From assembly GCA_965644265.1 (NCBI GenBank), contig OZ286468.1:28892001-28956000 (forward strand): a stretch of 64,000 bases of DNA, read 5' to 3'. The position numbers were made by a program, and so were the translations under genes. Shown here one piece after another: positions 35,182-47,441 of this stretch. Position 1 is the stretch's first letter, and every line of letters begins with the position of its first letter. The notes below the pieces were generated by a model. That model was not told the origin of the DNA. It did no database searches and saw only the letters and a list, made by a program, of their open reading frames with translations. This DNA is from Glycera tridactyla. Lineage: Eukaryota.

Positions 35182-36902
35182 GACTAGAATGAGGAATTAA
35201 TGGTATTAATTCCAGCAAGATCAAACAAAGGAGGAGGAAGAGGAGGTGGAATAGCCTGACTATGTGCCTTTGCACCTTTTAGTGCATTAAAACCTTAAAA
35301 GGCACAATAACTTTTCATATTGTTTTGTTATACTTGGAAGGGCACATACATATTCGACAGTATGGCGAAAGGGCACATGCACACTTGGGAGTCTGGATAT
35401 TCCTGCAGTCGTTCATACAGCTCAGCTGACCACTATCAGGACAAAAATGCAAATAATGCAATGAACAATTTCTTACTTGATCCATAACTCCCGCAGGAAG
35501 TCCTTAGTGATCACCTGCAGCAACATATTGAGGGTCTTGAGAGGTACTTCAAATAGCTCATTTATCCTCTCAACACCCTTGTTGGTTGTCACATTGAAGT
35601 TCTGGCTGTGGAATGCCCGAGCCCCATATCTCAAACACAAATGATGATAGAAACATGCTTTAACTTCTTTAATACATTGCCTTTGGCCTATGAATCCAGA
35701 TGTAACATTAGAAAATATCTACATTGAAAAAAATGCTTTATGAGTTTGGACGATGGATATCGCCCTCAAATATCGCCCGCAGCATGCTGAAGGTTGATAA
35801 AATCCTAATCAAGGCATCATGTGAATATCACATCTGATTTGTCAAGGATGGCCCTACCTTAGCCTTGCAAAGCCACCTTTTCTCCAGCCAGGTCCTCAGG
35901 GTCTTGTTGCTGCACCAGTATGAGCTTTTCTTCAGTGCAGTCAATGTTGCATCAAAACAGGCAGTATCACGAGCCTTCGCAATATTCCTCAGAAGATTGA
36001 GGACGTTGTCATGGCAGGACAGTGGCACGCCACTTTTGTGTGAGGAAATCCATCTCCACCATGCCTGCTCTCTGTGGAAGTCACAGAGATACAGTTCCAC
36101 AGTGTCTGTGAATTTCATAAATTTTCGCCTTCTGTTGGGGATCCAGAAGGAGGAGTATTGAATGATCACACCCATGCCCATTGCATGGGCGTCACAATAT
36201 AGCCCAGATGGAGCTGACGTGACGTTAAACCCCCAACAAAACCAAAACAGTTCCGCATCTTGGAACTGACAGAAATCTTCCATACGAAGTGAGCATCGTA
36301 CATGTATGGAATTCATGGTTATGCCACTGTCAAAGTACTCTTTTCTTTCGAGAATCCAGGGCTTAACATTAAGGATTTTAGCCACTTGCCTGGCAGGCAG
36401 TGCTCAACAAGAAAAATGGACCTGCCACACCGATGTTTTCTGTGCAAGTAGTTTCAAATGTACTGACTTGCCAGCATCAGGAGCACCACCAATAAAAAGA
36501 GTCCTGATAGAGGCGAGTGGACAGGACAGCTCTTAGTCTTAATCCTTTTGGAAACTAACTGAGGGCCAGTCAGAACAGAGGACACATGCAACATCTTGAA
36601 TAATTATTTTTCATCGTGTGCCAGCTGGTGTAGGTATATTTTAGACTATTTGCATTAATTATCACTATTTGTTGAATTACAAACAATGAATGAAACAAAA
36701 CATCAGTGGCAAAATTTAGGCTCTCATTCACCAGCTTGCTTGCCCACTGGGTACTGTTTCCTGCTTGAATTAGGAACAACAATGGCAGGGGCTAGGTGTA
36801 TGTTGTAGCTTTTATTTGAAACCAGCTGTAGTAGAGAAATTATATATATATATGTATATATTCAGGAGACAAGGCAAGACGTCCGCTGGCACTGAAGGGA
36901 AG

Positions 36903-36943
<41 letters not shown>

Positions 36944-38878
36944 GCATGGATCATATAATTATGTGAATACAAAAAATTATCAATCATAATAGTCATGTGC
37001 AGCTAATGTGAGAGGAGAGAAAAATTATGTGCAGATCCATAGTCCACAGAAAACAATACATTTATCAGAGCATAAATCATAATTATTTTCACTGTACACA
37101 CTTTACATATCACCATCAACATTTTTTCAAATCAATTCTTCAAGATTGACCAATGAGAAAAATGTTTTATCTCATTGTTGTCCACTCGTTTCTCTCAAAA
37201 CTCTGTTAATTGCAGTATGACCTCAGTCACCACACCAGAGAAACCACACAAAAGTAGGATACTTCAGTCAAGCACAGAATTGTACAGTCAGAACTATCAC
37301 ACCAGAATTATACAAAGACTGAGCTCATGGCAAGCTCTCTTGATATCTTGAATACAAAATATTAGTATTACCCACCAGACATTTCATCGCTGCTCTATAA
37401 TAAAACATAGTTACAACTTTTCTCAAACGAGTATGAGAGCTGGTCAGTTGGATTGATATTTTTCACTTTCGAAAGACAAGTTTATGGTCAGAAAAAATAC
37501 ATGAATACTGCTCTTTCAGAGTTTTCACGTGTGTATGTAAAGGTTGACCTGTCGACTTAATTCCACAGTCCAGGAGGCAGGCTCCTCAAATCCAATGTCC
37601 TGTCAAGCAGTGATGCTGTTTGAATTTTACTCAAAACACCTTCATTGTTTCATCTAGGATATGCAAAAAAACCTCATTAGGCCCACATATTGAAAAGATA
37701 AGGGATTGATTGGATGAAGTTTGATGTCGCTTGAAAGATAGATTATGACTTTATCTGGATATCCATGCTAGGAGCATGGGAAGGGGTCACCAATGTGTCT
37801 CCCTCTCCTGGATCCCACAAAAAGAGGTGAAGGAATTTATGAGAATGGTTGTTAGGTGAAAACAGCCGGTAGCTCAAAAAACTGTGTTGGAAGGGGCAAG
37901 GACTGGAAAAAAATGTGTCAAATGGTACTGATGTCCCCTCTAGATGTAACACTAGAACAACTTTCCACAATGAAGGACTGGATTTTAAAACTCACCAGGG
38001 AAAACAGATGAGATTGCTGTCATTTCTGCCTCACTGTAATCTGTCATGTAGGAATCTAGATTCCACTGGGGATTCCATCCCCGTAGCACCTCAAGAGCCT
38101 CCTCGATTGCTAGACCTGTTTCAAACTACCTGATTAACAGAGCAACAATGATGTATTGCACATTCGTTGTCATGCACACAAAGAACAATGGTAGAGCATA
38201 TCAGATGGTAAGGTAAGTTGCATCCAACAACACAACTTCATTTCCATATAGGTTGAGGATGTGTCTTTGCCACTTTGTCTGATAGACAAGCAGCATACCG
38301 GGAGGTGTATTGGCACATGGTTTGACCTCTTCACACCCATCACTGTCATCCATCTCCTGACTCTCGGGAATGATTTGTGATGTCTGTAAAAAATCTGATC
38401 CTCTGGACTCTCAAGTACCCAAAGCGAAGGTCAAGGTCCCTTCAACGCAAGCGGGCATGCTGCAAAGGTACCTTATGTGCCAGCTCAGAGATGCCTTGAT
38501 AGAGGCTTCCATGTCAATGAAGGCCCGTGGACCCTGCTGTGAGATGGATGGTAAAGGTATCACTGGAATATTCAAGTTCCTCCACTTCCATTTGCCTAAC
38601 TGAGTCGATGAATACAAGAGCCATATGTACATTGCCAAGTAGGGCATAGGATCTAAAACCTGTGATCCATCCCTGATAATCCCTGGAAGATGTGATTGAC
38701 CCTAATAAAGCCCAAAATTGCCCTTAGTTGACTAGTCTTATCAGTACAATTAATTATAAGACCAGAGGCTGAACGATCAAAAATGACTAAAGACTGTAAT
38801 GTAATAACAAATTGAGGGAATGGAGCGCATTCTTTTGCTTTAATTCAGTCAAAGCAAATAAGTAATTGATATGTGAAT
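35182..38878 (-). pseudogene. MULE transposase remnant, tandem unit 2 (3697 bp)
   Basis: Anchor GACTAGAATGAGGAATTAATGGTA at about 30230, 35182 and 38879; LYLCDFHREQAWWRWIS...LRTWLEKRWL in ORF 35828..36385 (Mutator CxxH motif). Confidence 0.8.
36099..36246 (+). mobile_element. SINE family A, 5'-truncated insertion
   Basis: 8-bp TSD ACAGTTCC (36091-36098 and 36247-36254); empty site in unit 1 near 32885. Confidence 0.88.
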
Positions 38879-39396
38879 GACTAGAATGAGGAATTAATGG
38901 TAGTAATTCCAGCCAGATCTAAGAAAGGAGGAGGAGGAGATGGGATAGCCTGACTATGTGCCTTTGCACCTTTTAGCGCATCAAAACCTCAAGAGGCACA
39001 TTAACTTTTCATATTGTTTTGTTTTACTTTGAAGGGCACATACATATTCGGCAGTATGGTGAAAGGGCACATGCACACTTGGGAGTCTGGATATTCCTGC
39101 AGTCGTTTATACAGCTCAGCTGACCACTATCAGGACAAAAATGCAAATAATGCAATAAACAATGTCTTAGTTGATCCATAACTCCCACAGGAAATCCTTA
39201 ATTATCACCTGCAGCAACATACTGAGGGTCTTGAGAGGTACTTCAATAGCTCATTTATCCTCTCAACACCATTGTTGGTTGTCACATTGAAGTTCTGGCT
39301 GTGGAATGCCCGAGCCCGATTTCTCAAAAACAAATGATGATAGAAACATGCTTTAACTTCTTCAATACATTGCCTATGGCCTATGAATCCAGGTGT
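38879..39396 (-). pseudogene. MULE remnant, partial tandem unit 3
   Basis: Colinear with 35182-35705 until an abrupt junction at about 39396. Confidence 0.75.
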
Positions 39397-39413
39397 AAGA
39401 CGAATCCTGATTC

Positions 39414-40437
39414 CTGGAAATTAGCAGATAAGATGTCATGACATGTACGCGATCCAAAATTATCAGATGCAGGCAGGCTGCTATCATACATGATACTTAC
39501 CATCACACATGTGCCCTGAGTTTGTTTCTAGGTGACAAAATCAACATTGACTATCAGCCCCTAGACATGCACCCATTGTCCCCTGGTCGTATTTTGGTGA
39601 TGAGTGCTGACAAAGTGTCAATCGGATGTCCATCAAGAGCTGTGGTAGTCAGGGAAGGTTGTCTCTACTGTGTTCCGAAACAACCATGTGCATGTGGTAT
39701 AACTGTCATGGATGCCGAGGGCAGGTCAATTTCACGTGCACCAGTCCTGCATAATTGTAGCAGTGATACATGAACTCAACAGGTGGAATTTCCAGTAAAT
39801 TTAGCAGCACTCTCTAGGTTAATGGACCCAGCCAAATTGTTGATTTTTTCAGTTAATTCCTATGATTGTATCGTCTGTGTCAAAAATCCCAGAACCACAA
39901 ATTCCGATCAATCCAGGTGTAGACAGCCTGATCATGCATGAATTCTATAGATTTGGCATGGATTTGGGTGAGGCTGCAACTCAGCTAAAGCATGATCAGG
40001 TGAAAGCAGACACTTCCCATCTCTTGTTTTTAGAGGACTAAAAGCCTTAAAAGTAGGGGCGATATTTTATATACATTCGCCTATATAGAATGTAACTACT
40101 GGAAATATTTATCAAAAATATGGCTCAGGAAATCTCACTCCAGCAGTGCATCAAAGCGACCGGAAAGTATAAACAGACCATTACAGGCACACTAGCAAAT
40201 ACACATTTCATTGATGTTGGAATAATAATATGCTCCGCAGCCAGCCTTCTGCTATTAGGTCATTCAGTTGGACTTTGGAAACAGACTTTAACTATAACCA
40301 CTCACACCAAAATGGTGAATGTGAGAATGTGTAATCCCACGGGAAGCATCAGGGTTTCTTCATTGGCAGTGCAACGCCACAGAAATTACAACAAACTTAT
40401 GAAAGACCAGCGTGGTTGTGTGGAAATCCAGCAATAG
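39414..40437 (+). pseudogene. Envelope-like (fusion glycoprotein-type) ORF remnant of an LTR retrotransposon
   Basis: Cys-rich ectodomain-like MTCTRSKIIRC..HTCALSLF..LSPGRILV..CP..GCLYCV..PCAC..APVLHNC; continues past a TGA (FPVNLAALSRL) and a frameshift; hydrophobic GIIICSAASLLLLGHSVGLW in ORF 40120..40437; directly followed by PPT and LTR. Family call from recalled motif pattern only. Confidence 0.55.
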
Positions 40438-40474
40438 TGGGAAATCCACCAAAATCTATATAAGGGAGGAAAAT

Positions 40475-40993
40475 TGTGATTTCCTTACTCTTGGAAATTA
40501 CTGACACACCGAATGTACGAAACTTTCCTTGCTCTCAAGAATTCTCCAGGAAAGCTGATGTAGTCATACACCACATTGGATCTCTAATGTCTGACAATAG
40601 CAAGAGGATTTTCCATGCTGCAAATTTCTGTTAAATTGATTGGAGCTGTGCCATATTGACTGGATCTGTGCTATATTGACTGGAGCCTAGTTACACACAT
40701 TGACTGGATCCGTGCCTCATTAACTGGATCTGTGAACACTACCATATTTCCTGGATTGTGAAAGTGCCAGTGAATGTTGTGCCTTTCAGTGAATTATTTG
40801 AATCATCCTCTGTACATTCATCGTGAAGTGACTGATCCGGTGTTGTCAAGTACATTTATCTATAGTTTGTGAGTTGCCTCAATCTTGAAGTCTGCTTAGA
40901 GGTTTGGTTTGAGTTAGGATTGTTGCCCGTGATTTCTTCAAGATCTCCTGCCTCACCTGTGGGTCACCTCAGACCTTGCATTGTAAAATCACA
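40475..40993 (+). mobile_element. 3' LTR (519 bp) of the env-bearing element
   Basis: TGTGATTT...AAATCACA perfect 8-bp terminal inverted repeat (TG...CA); preceded by purine tract AAGGGAGGAAAA (40462-40473); five ~20-bp ATTGACTGGATCTGTG repeats at 40635-40739. Confidence 0.75.
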
Positions 40994-41656
40994 AGCAAGC
41001 GAGTTTGTAGTTTCTTCCCTCCCCCCCCCCCCCCCATATATTTGTAAGCAGGTGAACTCGACCCTAGCTCACAGCTCCGGGGGAAGCTCGGGGTGTGGAC
41101 AGACAACAATGAGAAGTAGCGGGGAGTTGTAGACTTTATTTGTCATATCGTACAAGAAAGAAGACGAAGAAAAGACCCCTCATGAACAAGAGAATCCTGC
41201 TCCTATCTGGACGCGCACATGGACACAGCATTCCCATTCCTTGGAGGTGGATGGAGAAGGATTCTCACAATCTAGAAAGCTGCTACAGATGTTGCAGAGA
41301 GCTTGTTAGGAGTGTGCTCTCTTCATCCTGGTTTGGCAGGAAATGGTGTGGTCAGGGGGTGTATGCTGTGCCCACCAGTACCCCATCAGATGGCAACAGG
41401 TGGAAACCCCTGTCAACTGCCCTCTGGTGGGAGGGACATACAACTGCCATCCAGGGGACTGTGATCAGCCTCATCAGTCCTGGCCACACACCAGGGTGAT
41501 ACAGCTACCAGCCAAGTGCTGTGGAGAAATGGCAAACATGTGCCGAGACCATTTGGTCACTGGTCACATATTCCCCGCTGCTTTTACACCCTCATGTCCC
41601 ATGAGGAACAACAAGAGAAAAGGAGACAGGGATGCAACAATGCATCGTACATCCAT

Positions 41657-41964
41657 CAACAAGAACAGCCAGTGTCAGATACACTGGGACACATGGGTGC
41701 ACTAACTTGTAGTGCATTGACAGACCAAACGGTCAACAAGAACAGCCAGCATCGGATACACTGGAACACAGGGATGCACTAACTTGTAGTGCATCCATAG
41801 ACCAAACGGTCAACAAGAACAGCCAGTGTCGGATACACTGGGACACATGGGTGCACTAACCTGTAGTGCATCCGCAGATCAAATGGTCAACAAGAACAGC
41901 CAGCGTCGGATACACTGGAACACAGGGATGCACTTGTAGTGCATCCACAGACCAAACGGTCAAC
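41657..41964. repeat. Four 77-bp tandem repeats in the Gypsy 3' untranslated region
   Basis: Starts at 41657, 41734, 41811 and 41888 (last unit 73 bp); the first three contain the hairpin TGCACTA-n5-TAGTGCA, shortened in the fourth. Confidence 0.93.
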
Positions 41965-42023
41965 CACAAACAAAAACAAAAACACAATCAACTGTAAGAA
42001 CTGTCCTCAGACCACAGTGCGCA

Positions 42024-45000
42024 CTACACATAATTAGCATGTTTGCTAGTACACGAGAAGACGGGAGCGCCATATCGCTCTGGCTGACTACCAGCAGTCG
42101 CCCTTGTGGTCCTATGAACCCAGTGATCATCATCATCATCAGAATCAGATGAACTGTCTGCTGCTACAGGTGGAAATGCCCTCTCGGCTCTGGGCCACTG
42201 GACTTGTATGGCAGGATCCTCATCACTGCTCTCCTCAGAAGACTCCTCCGTATCGGAGACTCTTTCATGGGCCATTCTGACTTGGCAAGGTGGGAGCAAA
42301 TTCGGTAGAGGTGGTTTGGCTGGCTCCTCTGCATGGCAAACTTGGAGGTCTTTGCGAGTGACTGTTCGCTCTGCTCCAAAACCATCAGCAGGCTCCACTT
42401 CGTAGACATCATTATCACCAACCTTGCTGACAATCTTGAACACCCTGTCCTTCCAAAAATCTTGGATCTTTGCTCGACCAGGGGTGAACAAGCACAGGAA
42501 AACACTCTCGCCGATTGGCAATGGTGCATCCACCGCCTTCCGATCAAAGATCTGCTCCCGGGCCAGAGCCGCAGTCCTGAGCTGTTGATTAGCTTGTTCA
42601 GAAGTCTTCTGCAGCCTCGACTGGTGAACTGATAACCAGTCGTCTTCCCCTTTGGCATCATCAACCCCTAGTCGGATGTCAGAGGGCATCTTTGGATCAT
42701 GTCCAAACATCAAGTAGAATGGTGACATTCCTGTCGAAGCGTGTGGAGTTACATTATAGGCATTGACCGCTTTCTTGATGGCCTCATGCCAGCGCTTCTT
42801 TTTCCAGCTGGTAGGCTACGCAACAGGTTATGCAGCGTTCGGTTGAATCGCTCCACCCGACCATTTCCTTGAGGATGCCCAGGGGTTGTCCGAGACTTGG
42901 TGATCCCATACCACATGCATAACTCAGCGATCATGTTCGAATCAAAATTCTTACCACGGTCACTGAATCCGCAGGGGAACTCCATAGTGGAAAAACCACT
43001 CGTTGACAAGGATCCTAGCCACTGTTGTGGCTTTCTGGTCCCTTGCAGGGACAGCAACAGTGTACTTCGTGAAAACATCAGTCATGACCAGCACATGTTC
43101 TAAACCATTTGATGATGGCTCTAGCGTTGTAAAATCCACGGCTAGCACCCCCAGAGGTCGTGATGCAAGTAGGCTCCCCATCGGCGTCCGGGTCTTCACA
43201 TGAGGCATTTTTGCCAAGGTACACAGTCCGCAGTCCTCAAGCCAGTCCTTGACATCTCCATACAGACCAATCCAGAAGTACTTCTGTCTGATCAGCGCAT
43301 CAACCCGGTCAGTGCCATGGTGTCCCAAATGGTCATGATGCTGCTCTATCTGGGACAAGCAGTTGCTTACACTCTCCCCGAACCCTGTCTTGCAACCTCT
43401 TGTATAGCACTCCGTCTTGGAACACAAGCTTTGGCCAATGCTTGAGCAAGAGTTTGGTCTTTCGGGGCAGTGCCTGCCACTCTCTCCCCTCTGGTTGGCT
43501 TCCTGCTTCAAAAGCCTTGAGAAGAGGCCTCAGAACTACATCCTGGAGTTGCAGCTTGCGCATGGACTGTGGGGTGTACTGCGGGATGGTTGTGACTGCG
43601 TGAGGTACAGTACCATCTTGCCCAACATGAGCAACGTGACCTTTGGACAAATGTGCCGCAGCCTTCACTAGATTCCTTCTCAAAACAAGGGGCACCCCAG
43701 TGCTGTCAAGGACAGCTGCCATAACCTCGGCACACTTATCTGATGTCACAGCAGTCGCGGAATGGCCAGGCCTAGGCTCCTTTTTTCCCTTGGTCAGATA
43801 CAAGCCCAACACGTCCACAATCTCATGGAGGTCATCGTCATCAGAAAGTTCAGGACGTGGCCCCAACCTGGATAAACCATCAGCATTGCCATTCTTGATC
43901 CCAGGCATATACTTGATTTGAAAATTGAATGGGGCCAGGTCTGCGACCCATCTCTGCTCAATAGCCGGAAGTTCGGCTTTTGTCTGGATGTAGGTCAGTG
44001 GGTTGTTGTCAGTGTAAACCGTGACTGTTGACCCAAGCAAATAATCCCTGAATGTCTCAGCCATTCCCCACTTCAGTGCGAGGAGCTCGAGTCTCTTGCT
44101 GCTATAGTTCTGCATATTCCTCTCTGTGGGACATAGCCCTCGACTTGCAAAGGCCACTACTCGCTTCTTGCCCTCTTGATCCTGCGACAAAACTGCACCT
44201 AAGCCATGAAAGGATGCATCTACCTCCAGTACGAATGGCAGACTATAGTCGGCATAAACCAAAATTGGAGCAGTGGTCAAGGCTTCTTTCAGTTGGTCGA
44301 ATGCTCTATGGCACTCTTCCGTCCAGGCAGAAGTGATGGATGGCGATCATGCTTTGCGTCCTGACTTTTGTCCACTGTTGACTTCAAAAGGGCATTACAC
44401 TCACCAATGAGCTTGTGCGGAGGGGCAGCAATTGCAGCAAAACCTTCAACATAGCGCCTATAGTATGATGCTAGACCCAGAAATGCTCTAGCCTCTCTCA
44501 CCGTGGTAGGTACTGGCCAGTGCTTCACCACACCAATCTTGTCGGGATCTGTTGCGACTCCAGCTGCAGAGATGTGGTGTCCCAGGTACAAGACTTCTTT
44601 CTGGAAAAAAATTGCACTTCCTCAGTTCCAGTTTTAGCCCAAACTCTTGCAGCCTCTGGAAAACTCTTTCCAGCCTACCCAAGTGATCCTCTACATTCAT
44701 TGAAAAGATGATAATGTCATCAAGATACACAAGAAGAATGTTGAAAACATCACTGTCGAATGCCTGTTGCATGAGATGCTGGAAGGTCGAGAGAGCATTG
44801 CAAAGACCAAATGGCATTTGCAAGTATTCAAACAATCCGAGGGTGTTGTGAGTACAGTCTTTCGACGATCTTCTTCGGCTACCTCCACCTGGTTATATGC
44901 AGACTGAATGGTCAAGGACTGAGAACACCTTAGCACCACTCAGTGCATCCATCGACTCCTCAATACGAGGCAGCGGAAAGGCATCCTTCTTCATTTTTGC

Positions 45001-46028
45001 GTTGACCTGCCGGTAATCCACGCACAGCCGCAGGTCCCCAGACTTCTTACGAACAAGGACTATGGGACTGGTATAGTCACTTTTGCTTGGCTGAATGATT
45101 CCCTTTTTCAGCAAGCCCTGGATATGGGTGCGCACCTCCTCAAATTGATTTGGTGGTATCCTGCGATAGGGCTGCCTGACTGGGAAATCATCTGTGATTG
45201 GAATGCAATGCTTTGTGGCACTGGCATGGCCCAAGTCCAAGTCGTCAGCTGCGAATACGTGCCTGTACTTGGCAAATACCCCCATTACCTTTCGGCGCTG
45301 TTCTTCAGTCCTCGAAAACCCAGATAGATCCAACTCCTCCAGCCATTCACTGGCATCGCCCGGCATATCTCCACTGCCAGAGGTTACAACAACCTCTGTC
45401 GAACTAACGCACAAATCAACTACCGGGGGCACGACATCCACACAGAGGGCAGAGCCAATGGGTGTCCTTGGCTTCAACCAGACATCCTGCTCTCCAAAGT
45501 TCACAATGCGAACATAACACACACCAGAGGTACTATCGACTACCATCCGGCAGAGACTGATGCCTCCTGGAAGGGGTGTCATCAGTGGCTCAACCAGAAC
45601 CTCTGCCCCAACCACATTTCCTGTGACAGGCACATCAACAACCGACCCAGCAGTCACCCGAACAGACTTCAGCCCCGCGATCCAATAACACCCACTCTCG
45701 ACAAGACACTCTTTCTTGTCGGTGTTGTCGGAAGATGCTTGTATTCGGGCAGGTCCTGAAGAACATTTTACCAACCAACCCATCACACGCAGAGGGGGAG
45801 TGTCTCGTTACCAAAATTCCACGAGAAGGCAAAACATGTCCGTTGACCTCAACATCCATGGTTAAGAAGCCTTCGCATGGCATCTCGAGCCCGTTTGCAG
45901 CTCGCAACTTCAACCAGGACAGAGGAAACTTGGGGTCGCCTACCAAATGACGGAGATGCCTCTCAAAAAACTTACTGGTGACTGTTGGTCACAACAGAAC
46001 CAGTGTCAATCAGACAAGACACGGGTAA
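42024..46028 (-). pseudogene. Gypsy pol (PR - dUTPase-like linker - RT - RNaseH - IN - GPY/F) in several frames
   Basis: CLIDTGS (45999-46007); RLCVDYR, KDAFPLPRIE, YLDD; EVDASFHGLGAVL, YSSKRLELLAL, TDNNPL; HDHLGH..CGLC, AVDF, SDRG, RVERFN. Confidence 0.93.
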
Positions 46029-46044
46029 CCCACTCCTGGTACCA
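46029..46044 (-). promoter_or_regulatory. Primer-binding site complementary to tRNA-Leu(UAA) 3' end
   Basis: Minus strand TGGTACCAGGAGTGGG, 6 nt from the 5' LTR; matches the recalled metazoan tRNA-Leu(UAA) end ...CCCACUCCUGGUA-CCA. Confidence 0.75.
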
Positions 46045-46582
46045 AAAATATGTAAGCAGGTAAACTGGACCCTAGCTCACAGCTCCGGGGGAAGCTCGGG
46101 GTGTGGACAGACAACAATGAGAAGTAGCGGGGAGTTGTAGACTTTATTTGTCATATCGTACAAGAAAGAAGACGAAGAAAAGACCCCTCATGAACAAGAG
46201 AATCCTGCTCCTATCTGGGCGCGCACATGGACACAGCATTCCCATTCCTTGGAGGTGGATGGAGAAGGATTCTCACAATCTAGAAAGCTGCTACAGATGT
46301 TGCAGAGAGCTTGTTAGGAGTGTGCTCTCTTCATCCTGGTTTGGCAGGAAATGGTGTGGTCAGGGGGTGTATGCTGTGCCCACCAGTACCCCATCAGATG
46401 GCAACAGGTGGAAACCCTTGTCAACTGCCTTCTGGTGGGAGGGACATACAACTGCCATCTAGGGGACTGTGATCAGCCTCACCACAGTCCTGGCCACACA
46501 CCAGGGTGATACAGCTACCAGCCAAGTGCTGTGGAGAAATGGCAAACATGTGCCGAGACCATTTGGTCACATATTAATTCCA

Positions 46583-46584
<2 letters not shown>

Positions 46585-46632
<48 letters not shown>
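46585..46632. repeat. (TA)n microsatellite
   Basis: 24 TA units. Confidence 0.97.
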
Positions 46633-46636
<4 letters not shown>

Positions 46637-47217
46637 TGAAGGGTTAAGGCTGGATACAAGGGGTTCTCACTAAAGACAGATTTTCTGTGCAGTTGACTCA
46701 ATTCCCTGCAATATTATTATATTTATATAGTGCATTGAGAGGCCAGTATAGGAAGTGGAAAAGCTCCCTGAGACAGTTCTTACTGTACATCTCTGAATTA
46801 CATGATTCAAGTCCTTAAGGTGAAAGTGCTGCTTAGTACAGATTCAGCTGTGTGGCTTTGGATTGTGGGTTTTCAATTTTTCAGTAAGGTTGGTCCCTGA
46901 GACAGGTTTGACTGCCCTTCCAGACTGCAAAATTTGCAATCTTCAATATAATACCCAAATAGTACAAAAGTGACACTTCCTTAGGCTAACTGGAGATAGA
47001 TTGTGGCTTATAACTGGTAGACATAGGAGATTCCATCAGCAGGATTCGAGTGATCAAAGAGTCTAGCTTGAGATTTGGAAAGTCACATATCCTTAGGCTG
47101 ACAAGATTGTGGCTTGAAATAGGTTAGCACAGATCACCCCAATAGCTGGTGTTTTGCTGGGTTGTAAGTGATGTCCGGTGGGCAGAGAGGGAATCACCCT
47201 ACTGTGAGAACACATAC

Positions 47218-47441
47218 CCTGAGTCATTAGCATCGGAAATCCTGGCATCCTTCCCGGAGGTTTGAATTCCATTCTCTGGACCCCATGGGGAGCCCGGGGA
47301 AGAATTGGCCCCATGTTTCCCTATGTGTCGTAAGAGGGGACTAAGTGAGCATCGCAGAAATGGCACCTTGAGTATCTGTGAATTTCATAAATTTTCACCT
47401 TCTGTTTGGGACCCAGAAGGAGTCTTGGAAGATCCCACCCA
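47218..47441 (+). mobile_element. SINE family A copy retaining a tRNA-like head; 3' part lost
   Basis: A-box-like TAGCATCGG 47228-47236; B-box-like GGTTTGAATTCC 47259-47270; GTCGTAAGAGGGGACTAA 47327-47344; family A body from 47371. Confidence 0.6.

Larger units (their letters stand above)
41043..46571 (-). mobile_element. Ty3/Gypsy LTR retrotransposon, 5529 bp, both LTRs present, gag deleted, pol frameshifted
   Basis: LTRs 41043-41568 and 46051-46571 (TG...CA, about 6-7 substitutions and 2 indels); TSD TATT (41039-41042 and 46572-46575); PBS 46029-46044; PPT about 41571-41586; AATAAA on the minus strand in each LTR. Confidence 0.96.

Noticed and set aside
41140-41782. ORFs within the Gypsy LTRs (also 46148..46462) as accessory genes
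   Set aside because: Antisense to the element, no motifs, and one LTR copy has a stop; consistent with chance ORFs
47218-47275. tRNA gene
   Set aside because: Degenerate A/B boxes, no cloverleaf, and it continues into SINE body
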